Below are positions 1 to 10,019 of a stretch of 32,000 nt of DNA, one piece after another. The stretch comes from a cyanobacterium endosymbiont of Braarudosphaera bigelowii (GTDB lineage: Bacteria; Cyanobacteriota; Cyanobacteriia; Cyanobacteriales; Microcystaceae), in assembly GCF_020885515.1 (NCBI RefSeq), contig NZ_AP024987.1:1200001-1232000 (forward strand), written 5' to 3'. The number at the start of each line of letters is the position of its first letter. The first letter of the stretch is position 1. Below the pieces are notes generated by a model, which made no database searches, was not told the origin of the DNA, and saw only the letters and a list, made by a program, of their open reading frames with translations. Position numbers and translations under genes: made by a program.

Positions 1-255
1 ACCTAAAAAGGCGGCACTATAAATGTAAACCTAATCTTAATAATTGTTAAGCTTCTTTCTCAGAACATAGATCTAACCTTTATTATTTATGATGAATGGA
101 ATGCTTTTGATTGCTTTGCTTGGAACTAAATTGAAACAGGCATACTAAAATGCGGTCATGTAGATAAAGCAAGTTGTTTTATCATCAATGGATGCTGCAC
201 TCAAAAGAAAAACCTTAAAGTTTATAAAGTTTATTGTCGAGAGAGAAGAACCCTC

Positions 256-2496
256 ATGGCAAAAGGTACTGAGGCGAGAGCTAAGGTTATAGTAGATATC
301 GATCCAGTGCCCACCTCTTTTGAAAAATGGGGTGAGCCAGGACATTTTGATCGCACTTTGGTTCGAGGTCCCAAAACTACTACTTGGATTTGGAACCTCC
401 ATGCTAATGCACACGATTTTGATAGTCAAACAGATGATCTAGAAGATGTTTCACGGAAAATTTTCAGTGCGCACTTTGGTCATCTAGCCGTTATTTTTGT
501 TTGGCTGAGCGGCATGTTTTTTCATGGCGCAAAATTTTCTAATTATGAAGCGTGGTTAACTAACCCAACACTTATCAAGCCTAGCGCTCAAGTTGTTTGG
601 CCAGTCGTAGGCCAAGGAATTTTAAACGGAGATATGGGTGGTGGTTTTCATGGTATTCAGATCACCTCTGGTCTGTTCTATCTATGGAGATCCTCAGGTT
701 ATACTAATAGCTATCAACTCTATGCTACTGCCATTGGTGCATTAGTCATGGCTGCTTTAATGTTGTTTGCTGGATGGTTCCATTACCATAAAAAAGCTCC
801 CAAGCTTGAATGGTTTCAGAACGTGGAATCCATGCTTAATCATCATGTAGCGGGAATATTAGGATTAGGTTGCCTTTCTTGGGCAGGTCATTTAATTCAT
901 GTTTCTTTACCAGTTAATAAGTTGTTAGATGCTGGGGTAGCTATCAAGGATATCCCTCTTCCTCATGAGTTTTTCGATGCTAGCAAAATGGCCGAATTAT
1001 ATCCAAGTTTTGCTAACGGAGTAACTCCTTTCTTTACTTTGAATTGGGGAGCATATTCAGATTTCTTAACTTTTAATGGTGGACTAAATCCACAGACAGG
1101 AAGCTTGTGGCTTACTGATATAGCTCATCACCATTTAGCAGTTGCTGTCCTTTTTATAATTGGCGGCCATGTTTATAGAACTAACTGGAATATTGGTCAT
1201 GGGATGAAAGAGCTTCTTGATGCTCATCAAGGTCCTCTTACAGGAGAAGGTCATAAAGGCTTATATGAAATTTTAACTACTTCATGGCATGCCCAGTTAG
1301 CAGTCAATTTAGCGCTGTTAGGGTCATTGAGTATCATAATAGCTCAGCATATGTATGCTATGCCTCCTTACCCTTATTTGGCAACTGATTATGCGACTCA
1401 GCTATCTTTATTTACCCATCATATGTGGATTGGTGGATTTTTAATAGTTGGTGCTGGTGCGCATGGTGCAATCTTTATGATAAGAGATTACAATCCTGCC
1501 CAAAATGTCGATAACCTCTTGGATAGAGTAATTCGTCATCGTGACGCAATAATCTCCCATCTTAATTGGGTTTGTATGTTTCTTGGTTTTCATAGTTTTG
1601 GACTCTATGTTCACAACGATACTATGAGAGCACTAGGACGTCCACAAGACATGTTTTCAGATTCAGCTATTCAATTACAGCCAATTTTTGCTCAATGGTT
1701 GCAGAATATTCACACACTAGCACCTAGTGGAACAGCACCTCATGCACTAGCAACTGCTAGCTATGCTTTCGGTGGTGATACTATTGCAATTGCTGATAAA
1801 GTTGCTATGATGCCTATTACTTTAGGAACAGCTGATTTCATGATTCATCATGTTCATGCTTTTACTATTCATGTAACTGTTCTTATTCTTTTAAAAGGTG
1901 TACTGTATGCTCGTAGTTCTCGTCTTATTCCAGACAAGAATGAACTAGGATTCAGATTCTCTTGTGATGGTCCTGGACGAGGCGGTACTTGCCAAGTTTC
2001 TGGTTGGGATCATGTATTCCTTGGATTGTTTTGGATGTATAACTCTATCTCTGTAGTTATCTTTCATTTTTCTTGGAAAATGCAATCAGATGTTTGGGGA
2101 ACGGTATCTTCTAGTGGAGATGTTACACATACTACTTTAGGTAACTTTGCACAAGGCGCTATTACCATCAATGGTTGGCTAAGAGACTTCCTTTGGGCAC
2201 AATCAGTTAACGTAATTAATTCTTACGGTTCTGAATTATCAGCATACGGAATTATGTTCTTAGCTGGTCACTTTGTATTTGCTTTTAGTTTAATGTTCCT
2301 ATTTAGTGGACGTGGTTATTGGCAAGAACTTATAGAGTCTATTGTTTGGGCTCATAACAAGTTGAATGTTGCACCTTCTATTCAACCTCGTGCTTTAAGT
2401 ATCATTCAGGGACGAGCTGTTGGGGTAACCCACTATCTATTAGGTGGAATCGTAACTACTTGGGCATTCTTCTTAGCAAGAAGCTTATCACTTTAG
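256..2496 (+). CDS. psaA: Photosystem I P700 chlorophyll a apoprotein A1 (PsaA)
   Basis: 746-aa ORF with PsaA hallmarks. N-terminal '[35 protein letters not shown]'. FX-cluster loop '[13 protein letters not shown]'. C-terminal '[48 protein letters not shown]'. It sits directly upstream of psaB, as in the canonical psaAB operon. Confidence 0.97.
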   Translation: MAKGTEARAKVIVDIDPVPTSFEKWGEPGHFDRTLVRGPKTTTWIWNLHANAHDFDSQTDDLEDVSRKIFSAHFGHLAVIFVWLSGMFFHGAKFSNYEAWLTNPTLIKPSAQVVWPVVGQGILNGDMGGGFHGIQITSGLFYLWRSSGYTNSYQLYATAIGALVMAALMLFAGWFHYHKKAPKLEWFQNVESMLNHHVAGILGLGCLSWAGHLIHVSLPVNKLLDAGVAIKDIPLPHEFFDASKMAELYPSFANGVTPFFTLNWGAYSDFLTFNGGLNPQTGSLWLTDIAHHHLAVAVLFIIGGHVYRTNWNIGHGMKELLDAHQGPLTGEGHKGLYEILTTSWHAQLAVNLALLGSLSIIIAQHMYAMPPYPYLATDYATQLSLFTHHMWIGGFLIVGAGAHGAIFMIRDYNPAQNVDNLLDRVIRHRDAIISHLNWVCMFLGFHSFGLYVHNDTMRALGRPQDMFSDSAIQLQPIFAQWLQNIHTLAPSGTAPHALATASYAFGGDTIAIADKVAMMPITLGTADFMIHHVHAFTIHVTVLILLKGVLYARSSRLIPDKNELGFRFSCDGPGRGGTCQVSGWDHVFLGLFWMYNSISVVIFHFSWKMQSDVWGTVSSSGDVTHTTLGNFAQGAITINGWLRDFLWAQSVNVINSYGSELSAYGIMFLAGHFVFAFSLMFLFSGRGYWQELIESIVWAHNKLNVAPSIQPRALSIIQGRAVGVTHYLLGGIVTTWAFFLARSLSL

Positions 2497-2703
2497 TTTG
2501 TGGCAAAAGGATTAGGAAAATAAAATTAGTTAGTAATTTTTTTTCTATTTGTCCTTTACCCAATTTTGAAAAATCTAAACGATCAATTTATATCGTTCTT
2601 TTTCTAATAAGTCTTTAGTTATAAAAACTAATGGCATTTGGAAAATAAATAGCACTTTTGCAACAGCCTCATTGTTTTAGAGAGGAGAATTTCCTAAAAA
2701 GCT

Positions 2704-4920
2704 ATGGCAACTAAATTTCCAAAATTTAGCCAGGATCTCGCTCAGGATCCAACTACCCGTCGGATCTGGTATGGAATGGCTACGGCCCACGATTTTGAAA
2801 TCCATGATGGAATGACCGAAGAAAATCTTTATCAAAAGATTTTTGCTTCTCATTTTGGTCATCTTGCTATCATATTTTTGTGGACTTCCGGTACCCTTTT
2901 TCACGTAGCCTGGCAAGGTAACTTCGAACAATGGATCAAAGATCCTCTTAATACCCATCCTATCGCTCATGCGATATGGGATCCGCATTTTGGTAAAGGC
3001 GCGATTGATGCTTTTACACAAGCTGGTGCTTCTTCTCCTGTTAATATAGCTTATTCAGGTGTTTATCATTGGTTCTATACAATTGGTATGACAAGTAATA
3101 GCGAACTTTACCAAGGATCTATTTTTCTTTTGATTCTTGCTTCACTATTATTGTTTGCTGGTTGGTTACATTTACAACCTAAGTTTCGTCCAAACTTGGC
3201 TTGGTTTAAAAATGCTGAATCCCGCTTAAATCATCATTTAGCTGGTTTGTTTGGCGTTAGTTCTTTAGCTTGGGCAGGTCACTTAATTCATGTTGCAATA
3301 CCTGAATCTCGTGGTCAACACATACGCTGGAACAACTTTTTATCTACTCCTCCTCACCCAGCAGGACTAGAGCCATTTTTTACAGCTAATTGGAGTGTTT
3401 ATGCACAAAATCCTGATACTATCAACCATGCTTTTGGTACAGCTGAAGGTTCAGGAACAGCAATATTAACTTTCTTAGGTGGTTTTCATCCTCAGACTGA
3501 ATCACTTTGGTTAACTGATATAGCTCATCATCACTTGGCAATCGCAGTAATATTTATTATTGCAGGCCATATGTACAGAACTAACTGGGGAATTGGTCAT
3601 AGCATCAATGAAATACTTGAAGCTCATAATCCTCCTCTTAGTGATCCATTCCATCATGGAAGATTAGGTGCTGGTCATCGTAATATGTATGACACAGTCA
3701 ATAACTCTCTTCATTTCCAACTTGGTTTGGCATTAGCTTCTTTAGGAACTATTACTTCCTTAGTAGCACAACATATGTACTCCATGCCTTCTTATGCTTT
3801 TATTAGTCAAGATCACACTACTCAAGCTGCTCTTTATACTCATCATCAATACATAGCTGGATTTTTGATGGTAGGCGCTTTTGCTCATGGTGCAATATTC
3901 TTTGTACGTGATTACGATCCTGAAAGTAATAAAGATAACGTTCTAGCACGAATGTTAGAACACAAAGAAGCAATTATTTCACATTTAAGTTGGGTATCGT
4001 TGTTTCTTGGTTTTCATACCTTGGGACTATATGTTCATAACGATGTAGTAGTTGCTTTTGGAACTCCTGAAAAACAAATTTTAGTCGAACCAGTATTTGC
4101 TCAGTTTATACAAGCAGCTTCTGGAAAAGTTATGTATGGCTTTGATGTCTTATTATCTAATCCTGATAGTATGGCGTCTACTGGAGCTGCATATCTACCA
4201 AATTGGCTAGAAGCGATTAATAGTGGAAAAAATTCACTATTTCTTGATATTGGTCCTGGTGATTTCTTAGTACATCATGCTATTGCTCTTGGATTACATA
4301 CTACAGTTCTAACTTTAGTCAAAGGAGCATTAGATGCTAGAGGTTCTAAGCTAATGCCTGATAAGAAAGATTTCGGCTACGCCTTCCCTTGTGATGGGCC
4401 TGGTCGTGGAGGTACTTGTGATATTTCTGCTTGGGATTCCTTTTACTTAGCAATGTTTTGGATGCTTAATACAATAGGATGGGTAACTTTCTATTGGCAT
4501 TGGAAACATTTAGGTATCTGGTCTGGTAATGTAGCTCAATTTAATGAAAATTCAACCTATATAATGGGTTGGGTCCGTGATTATCTTTGGGCTAACTCAG
4601 CTCAGTTAATTAATGGATATAATCCATATGGAACAAACAATTTATCCGTCTGGGCTTGGATGTTCCTACTCGGACATTTAGTTTGGGCAACCGGATTTAT
4701 GTTCTTGATTTCTTGGCGTGGTTACTGGCAGGAGTTAATCGAAACACTTGTTTGGGCACATGAACAAACACCGTTAGCTAACCTAGTACAATGGAAAGAT
4801 AAACCAGTTGCTCTTTCTATTCTACAGGCTCGTTTAGTTGGCTTAACACACTTTACAGTGGGTTATGTACTGACTTACGCCGCTTTTCTTATTGCTTCAA
4901 CCGCTAGTAAGTTTGGCTAA
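2704..4920 (+). CDS. psaB: Photosystem I P700 chlorophyll a apoprotein A2 (PsaB)
   Basis: 738-aa ORF with '[24 protein letters not shown]', '[18 protein letters not shown]' and '[24 protein letters not shown]'. A GAGGAG Shine-Dalgarno-like motif lies at 2682-2687. Confidence 0.97.
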   Translation: MATKFPKFSQDLAQDPTTRRIWYGMATAHDFEIHDGMTEENLYQKIFASHFGHLAIIFLWTSGTLFHVAWQGNFEQWIKDPLNTHPIAHAIWDPHFGKGAIDAFTQAGASSPVNIAYSGVYHWFYTIGMTSNSELYQGSIFLLILASLLLFAGWLHLQPKFRPNLAWFKNAESRLNHHLAGLFGVSSLAWAGHLIHVAIPESRGQHIRWNNFLSTPPHPAGLEPFFTANWSVYAQNPDTINHAFGTAEGSGTAILTFLGGFHPQTESLWLTDIAHHHLAIAVIFIIAGHMYRTNWGIGHSINEILEAHNPPLSDPFHHGRLGAGHRNMYDTVNNSLHFQLGLALASLGTITSLVAQHMYSMPSYAFISQDHTTQAALYTHHQYIAGFLMVGAFAHGAIFFVRDYDPESNKDNVLARMLEHKEAIISHLSWVSLFLGFHTLGLYVHNDVVVAFGTPEKQILVEPVFAQFIQAASGKVMYGFDVLLSNPDSMASTGAAYLPNWLEAINSGKNSLFLDIGPGDFLVHHAIALGLHTTVLTLVKGALDARGSKLMPDKKDFGYAFPCDGPGRGGTCDISAWDSFYLAMFWMLNTIGWVTFYWHWKHLGIWSGNVAQFNENSTYIMGWVRDYLWANSAQLINGYNPYGTNNLSVWAWMFLLGHLVWATGFMFLISWRGYWQELIETLVWAHEQTPLANLVQWKDKPVALSILQARLVGLTHFTVGYVLTYAAFLIASTASKFG

Positions 4921-4938
4921 AACAGTTTATTGTTTAAA

Positions 4939-5009
4939 GCATAAATCAGTTTAAAAAAGAGATCTTCTACCTTTTAGATAGAAGATCTCTTTTTTAAACT
5001 GATTTATGC
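4939..5009. terminator. Perfect 31-bp inverted repeat (9-nt loop) between convergent psaB and the thioesterase gene; probable bidirectional terminator or RNA processing hairpin
   Basis: Left arm 4939-4969 'gcataaatcagtttaaaaaagagatcttcta' is the exact reverse complement of right arm 4979-5009. The loop is 4970-4978. A/T runs flank and lie inside the arms on both strands. It fills most of the 96-bp gap between the two stop codons. Confidence 0.7.
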
Positions 5010-5016
5010 CTGAGTT

Positions 5017-5436
5017 TCACTTATGCATATTCTCACTCTTTTTATGTAACCAGTTAAGAATGGATGGTGCAAGAGAGGTTCTCTGACGGTTATTAATATC
5101 AATAGACACATGAGTAGTTTGGGCTATTGCAGAATATTTATTAGGAATTAATTCGGAAATTACATAATAAGTAATGCTAAAACCAGTATTGTTGTAATTA
5201 GTAATTGAAATATCTAACCGTAGATTATAACCACAAAATAAAGGTTGATAAAAGTCAATTTCAGCATGAGTAATAGGAATTGCTATTTCGGAATTTAGAA
5301 ATAGACTTTTTAAATCAATTCCCATTAATTGGAGTTCTCTCTCATAAGCTTCATGACAAATTGATAATAGAGAAGAAAAATATACAACTCCTGCTGCATC
5401 AGTATCTGAAAGATGAATAGTTCGATGGTAGGTCAT
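5017..5436 (-). CDS. Hotdog-fold (4HBT-type) acyl-CoA thioesterase, probably 1,4-dihydroxy-2-naphthoyl-CoA hydrolase of phylloquinone synthesis
   Basis: 139-aa ORF. The N-terminal 'HLSDTDAAGVVYFSSLLSICHEAYE' matches, from memory, the cyanobacterial DHNA-CoA hydrolase signature (catalytic Asp in DTD, CHEAYE helix). The size is typical for a single hotdog domain. Confidence 0.62.
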   Translation of the reverse strand: MTYHRTIHLSDTDAAGVVYFSSLLSICHEAYERELQLMGIDLKSLFLNSEIAIPITHAEIDFYQPLFCGYNLRLDISITNYNNTGFSITYYVISELIPNKYSAIAQTTHVSIDINNRQRTSLAPSILNWLHKKSENMHK

Positions 5437-5469
5437 TTATTATACTGTGTATTAATTAAGCTAGTAGTT

Positions 5470-6006
5470 TTAGTTATTAATATTATTAGGTAATAAATTA
5501 CTGGAATATTTTATGGTTATATAAGCCAATGTCATGCTGAGTAATATTAAAGACATGATAATCGGGAAAAAATTGAACATTTTTAGGATCATAATACCTA
5601 GGCCTAAATAATTAGCTGTCAAAACAGAAATTCTTTGAAAAATACCAGAACATTCAATTGATATTATCTTTAGAACTAAGATATTGATTTTTGCAAAAGA
5701 ATTAAAAAATATTAAACTGATCAAAATTATTGCTATACTCCAATCTTTAGAAAAAGATACTAAATAAAAGCCTAGTAACTCCATAGTAATAGTAATACTA
5801 GTAATAATTAAAAAATTATCAAGTTGAGGATCTCTTAAATACTTTTTAGATATTCTGATATTTGTAAAGTCTACTGTGGCCATCTTTGCCTGTTCTAAGC
5901 ACATCATAAAAATAGTCAGGCATAAAATCTGATCATTCCAATTTGTACTGATAGTAAGCTGATAAAAAATATTTACTCCAGCAAAAGAAAATAATAGAAG
6001 TATCAT
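5470..6006 (-). CDS. Hypothetical multi-pass membrane protein (about 5 hydrophobic segments), family not recognised
   Basis: 178-aa stop-free ORF in very AT-rich DNA, where stop codons are frequent. It has repeated hydrophobic stretches of about 20 aa. It ends 33 bp upstream of the thioesterase on the same strand, so it is probably co-transcribed. Confidence 0.5.
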   Translation of the reverse strand: MILLLFSFAGVNIFYQLTISTNWNDQILCLTIFMMCLEQAKMATVDFTNIRISKKYLRDPQLDNFLIITSITITMELLGFYLVSFSKDWSIAIILISLIFFNSFAKINILVLKIISIECSGIFQRISVLTANYLGLGIMILKMFNFFPIIMSLILLSMTLAYITIKYSSNLLPNNINN

Positions 6007-6424
6007 AATATTTGATTTTTAGTAAAAGATTTGATTACAGCACCATGGTTCAAGACTACTTATCATAATTTTTTTATATTAACTTCAATAAACTTCAAAC
6101 ATAACAATTTCTAATAAATTAATGTAGATTTTATTATTAAAAGTAAGAGTATTAGCTTTGTACTTAATGATTTTAAATAGTAAAAAATGTACAACTTTAA
6201 ATTATAAATTAATTTCTACTTTTAAGAATTATTTAAAAAAGTCTATCATTCATTTTTGGTACGTAGATATTATATCGACTAGTACTAATAATAGTATGGA
6301 AAAGCTTAAATTTAAGATGTATAGAAATAAGATACTATAAAAAGTAAATGATAAGGCAACTCATATAAAAACTTTTTCAGAAAATAAATCATTTGATAAA
6401 GTCATTCCTTTAAAAAAACAAAAC

Positions 6425-7766
6425 TTACAAATGGAAAGTATGCCATTTTCTGTCTGTTTAATAACTATTGAAAAGGCTGTAAAAAAATTCCCAGAATTCG
6501 AAGATGTAATATTAATTTTGCGTTGAAAAAGATGATTATTTTTTATAACCTTCATAAAACAAATATAGAAGAATTCATTTTTTCTATTACGGAAATAGGA
6601 TATTGAGCGTATGTTCTAGATACTAATAATAAAAAAAGTTTAAATATTAATAAACAAACAATAGAGTATTCTTATTTACTAAGAAAGGTGATTTTTGGGA
6701 GCATTATAAATTTAATATTATGAGTTATTTCTTCACCAAAAATGGTTGGTTTTCCTATTCCCCTGATATCTAATTATTTGGGTAGTCCTAGATTACAGTT
6801 AATTTTAAGTGTTCCAGTGGTTCTTTGGTATGGAGAGTATTTTTATAGAGGAGTAATTAAATATTTAAACCAGTTAACTACCAAGATGAGCATATTATTA
6901 ATAATAAGAACAGGAACTGCTTTTTTTGTATTCTATTTTTATAACTTTTTTCCCTAAAATTTTAACTTTTCATGAATTAACTACTGGTATTTACTATAAA
7001 GTATCGGTAGTTATTATTACTTTAATTCTATTAGATTCAATTACTAAAATGTAATGTATCTGAAAAAACTCTAGAAATAGTTAAAAGTTTAATGGACTTG
7101 CAGGCGAAAACTGCTAGAGTAATTCGCTACAATACAATTCAAGATACTGCCATTAATAAATTAACGATATTATTATTGTGCGTCCAGGAGAAAGAATACT
7201 AATTAATGGAAAAATAAAAGGTTTGTTCACGATATCTGATATTGTTAAACCTTCATCTACTAAAGCTATTAAGTAGTTTACAAAGATTATGCTCACTGGG
7301 GATAATTTACAAACTGCCAAAGCAGTATTTGCTGAAGTAATAATATATAAAACCTTTGCACAAGTACGTCCTAGCGGAAATGTAGAGAAAATTAAACAAT
7401 CATTAAGAAAATTGTTGAGATGATTGGAGATGGTATTAATGATGCTCCAGCACTAGACAGGCATCTATTGGTATTGAGATTGGAATAGGGACAGATATCG
7501 TAATATCAGCTAATGATATTACTTTGATTTCAGGAGATTTAAGAAAAATTATAGTAGCAATTCAACTAGATCTTATAACTATGAATAACATTCGCGAAAA
7601 TCTGTTTTTTACCTTTATGTACAATATAATAGGGATTTCTATTGCTGCAGGAATTTTATATACATCACTTGGCATTTTGCTAAACCCTATGGTAGCTGGA
7701 GCAGCTATAATTTTCAGTTCATTGTCTGTAATCTTTAATTTACTAAGATTAAATCAACATAAATAA
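6425..7766 (+). pseudogene. Eroded copper-translocating P1B-type ATPase (CtaA/PacS/CopA-like) pseudogene
   Basis: Collinear fragments in shifting frames, separated by stops.
- HMA domain remnant 6425-6523 'LQMESMPFSVCLITIEKAVKKFPEFEDV', with the first Cys of the GMxCxxC motif lost, then TGA.
- 6526-6603 'KKMIIFYNLHKTNIEEFIFSITEIGY', then TGA.
- TM region 6742-6957 '..LQLILSVPVVLWYGEYFYRG..MSILLIIRTGTAFF'.
- 6974-7051 'IYYKVSVVIITLILL'.
- 7059-7199 'LMDLQAKTARVIR'.
- 7178-7210 'VRPGERILING'.
- From 7289, 'MLTGDNLQTAKA'.
- 7420-7455 'MIGDGINDAPAL'.
- 7524-7766 'ISGDLRKIIVAIQL..NIRENLFFTFMYNIIGISIAAGIL..SSLSV'.
About 1.3 kb remains of an expected ~2.2 kb gene. No TGES, CPx or DKTGT segment is present between 7210 and 7289. 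Confidence 0.88.
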
Positions 7767-7828
7767 GTTTTATTGTTATTATTTTCTGCGAATATTGAGT
7801 ATTAGAAAATAATAAACATAAAATAAAC

Positions 7829-7858
7829 AACCCTCATACTTTTTTCATGGTGAGGGTT
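7829..7858. terminator. 8-bp GC-containing hairpin between the ATPase pseudogene and convergent clpP; probable clpP operon terminator
   Basis: 'aaccctca' (7829-7836) pairs with 'tgagggtt' (7851-7858) around a 14-nt loop. T-rich sequence follows on both strands. It lies 32 bp past the clpP stop. Confidence 0.45.
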
Positions 7859-7889
7859 ATTTATTTTATGCCAATTGATAACTTAAAGG

Positions 7890-8486
7890 TTATGTTCTTT
7901 CTTCGATCACTTGATCAATCAGGCCATACTTTTTAGCTTCTTCTGCAGATAAGAAGTAATCTCTATCCGTGTCTTTCTCAATCTTTTCAAGAGGTTGTCC
8001 ACATTTACTAGCTAAGATACTGTTTAATTGAGCACGAATACGTAATATTTCATTAGCTTCAATTTCAATATCTGATGCCTGACGTCGTCCAGTACCTCCC
8101 ATAGGTTGATGAATCATAATTCGAGCATGAGGTAGTGCTAAACGTTTTCCTGGGGTTCCTGCTGCTAATAGAAACGATCCCATAGAAGCAGCCAAGCCAA
8201 CACAAATAGTGATTACATCTGATTTAATGTATTGCATGGTATCAAATATAGCCATACCAGCTGTTACAGAACCACCAGGTGAGTTTATATAAAGATAAAT
8301 TGGTTTACCTGAATCTTCGGAGTCGAGATACAATAAGAGAGCAACAATACGGTTAGCAATACCATCAGTTACTTCTTGACTAAGAAAAATTATTCGTTCT
8401 TGACCTAGGCGAGTATAAATATCTATCCATCGTTCATACTGACTACCAGGGAGACGATAAGGAACACTAGGAATACCAATGGGCAT
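7890..8486 (-). CDS. clpP: ATP-dependent Clp protease proteolytic subunit (ClpP3-type, partner of ClpR)
   Basis: 198 aa with an intact Ser-His-Asp triad context: '[11 protein letters not shown]', '[10 protein letters not shown]', '[20 protein letters not shown]'. It lies immediately downstream of clpR, as in the cyanobacterial clpR-clpP3 operon. Confidence 0.93.
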   Translation of the reverse strand: MPIGIPSVPYRLPGSQYERWIDIYTRLGQERIIFLSQEVTDGIANRIVALLLYLDSEDSGKPIYLYINSPGGSVTAGMAIFDTMQYIKSDVITICVGLAASMGSFLLAAGTPGKRLALPHARIMIHQPMGGTGRRQASDIEIEANEILRIRAQLNSILASKCGQPLEKIEKDTDRDYFLSAEEAKKYGLIDQVIEERT

Positions 8487-8529
8487 GACTTTAAATAAAT
8501 ATTGGGATAGTCTAAGAATAAGCCAGTAA

Positions 8530-9210
8530 TTAATTAATAAGGCTGGCAGATTTTGGAAGTTCTTTAGTACTTTCTAGTACCCGATCAATTAGTCCGTATT
8601 CTTTTGCCTTTTTGGGTGTTAGGTAAAATGTGCGGTCTATATCTTTAGATATTTTTTCGACAGCATTTCCTGTATTTTTAGAAAGAATTTGCAACATAGT
8701 GCTTTTATTTCTTAATACTTCCTTCGCTCGAATTTGGATATCTGTTGCTTGACCTTGTGCACCTGAACGATTTTGATTGAGAACAATAGTTGCATGAGGA
8801 AGGCTTGCTCGACAACCTTTTGTTCCTGCAGATAATATCATAGCTGCAGTTCCCATAGCCTGACCTATACAAATAGTATGAATTGGAGGCTTTACATAAT
8901 TCATTGTATCGCAAATTGCAAAAGCTTCCGTTTCGAAACCGACTGCATCTCCAGTGTACCAGGATGTACCCGTCGAATTAATGTAAAAAAAAATAGGTTT
9001 ATCTGGGTTATCAAATTGCAAATAAAGCAATTGAGCGATAATGAGTTGGGTGACATCAATTCCAACTTGTTGCTTGACCTCATCAGAAGAAAAGAGAGGC
9101 AACCCTAGGTAAATAATACGCTCTTTAAGTAATAGAGATTCTAAATCCGGTGGAGGAGTACGAAAATTTGCATCTCCATAGTAAGCGGACTGAACAGCTT
9201 TAATTTCCAT
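8530..9210 (-). CDS. clpR: ClpR, a catalytically inactive ClpP paralogue
   Basis: 226 aa and ClpP-like throughout, but all three triad positions are replaced when aligned to the neighbouring ClpP. '[11 protein letters not shown]' has Ser replaced by Gly. '[10 protein letters not shown]' has His replaced by Asn. '[10 protein letters not shown]' has Asp replaced by Thr. Confidence 0.87.
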   Translation of the reverse strand: MEIKAVQSAYYGDANFRTPPPDLESLLLKERIIYLGLPLFSSDEVKQQVGIDVTQLIIAQLLYLQFDNPDKPIFFYINSTGTSWYTGDAVGFETEAFAICDTMNYVKPPIHTICIGQAMGTAAMILSAGTKGCRASLPHATIVLNQNRSGAQGQATDIQIRAKEVLRNKSTMLQILSKNTGNAVEKISKDIDRTFYLTPKKAKEYGLIDRVLESTKELPKSASLIN

Positions 9211-10019
9211 TGGATAGTTTTTTTATCTAAACAAACGGTGAGTAGAAAATACTCTAATTTCAATTTTAACGAATTCTAAAAATAATCCATTAAAAACAAA
9301 ATTTCTCTAAAGCCTCAATTAATAATTGAAGCCGAGGTAAGATTAAAAAGCGAAACTTTTATACTAAATCATACTTTTTACACATATACCATTATAGTAT
9401 ATTTCTTGTTATATTAAATAAATTAAAAAATAGCGGTTTCTATTAGATTTTCTAATTATCTACAATAATGATATCGGAAAACATAAGTTTAAACATTTTC
9501 TCTCTATCAAGTTTTTTTATGCCTGTCAAAATAGTCCTATAAATAAAAGCTTGTCTCAAAATAAGTCAAATTTTATTAAAGTCACTATTATATATAAAGA
9601 AATAATAACTTCTAGTTTAAATAATTAGAGAAAACACATTAACTTAAACTTAGTTACCAAATAGAATCTCACCAAGATAAGGTTTTTATTAATATTAGTC
9701 AAAGCGATTTTTAAAAATTTTATCATCATTTCCTTGAAGATAAAATTTGAGTTTTTTAAAGTTTCATTTATTTTTTGTAAAAAGTTAGAAGAGGTAAGAA
9801 AAGAAAATCATCGAATAAAATTGAAGAATTGCGGTAAATTTTTACAAACCGTAATACAATAGACACCATCTTTAATGAAAATCTGTCTTCAAATCGGAAC
9901 TCTCATGGTAAAGTCCAAAAATTTCGTTTGCCAGAAACTTCATAATAACTTATTAGGATCTTACAAGTTAAGTAAGTGTATGTTAGTGCTTAAGTTGGCG
10001 TGAGGAGTGAAATTAATTA

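Noticed and set aside
89-148. 19-codon hydrophobic ORF '[19 protein letters not shown]' upstream of psaA, considered as a small PSI subunit (PsaM-like)
   Set aside because: It is too short and does not match the PsaM, PsaI or PsaJ sequences I know beyond a generic 'LIAL'. No ribosome-binding site is evident.
145-429. 94-aa minus-strand ORF overlapping the psaA start
   Set aside because: It lies antisense to the strongly supported psaA, has no recognisable motifs, and has the composition typical of a shadow ORF.
2677-3021. 114-aa minus-strand ORF overlapping the psaB 5' end
   Set aside because: It is an antisense shadow of psaB with no family resemblance.
6158-6555. ORFs 6158-6340 (+) and 6361-6555 (-) as possible genes
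   Set aside because: The first is K/N/I-rich sequence typical of random AT-rich DNA. The second is antisense to the HMA-domain remnant of the ATPase pseudogene, which explains that region better.
8705-9108. Three 60-76-aa ORFs on both strands inside clpR
   Set aside because: All are nested within or antisense to the well-supported clpR reading frame. They have no motifs.
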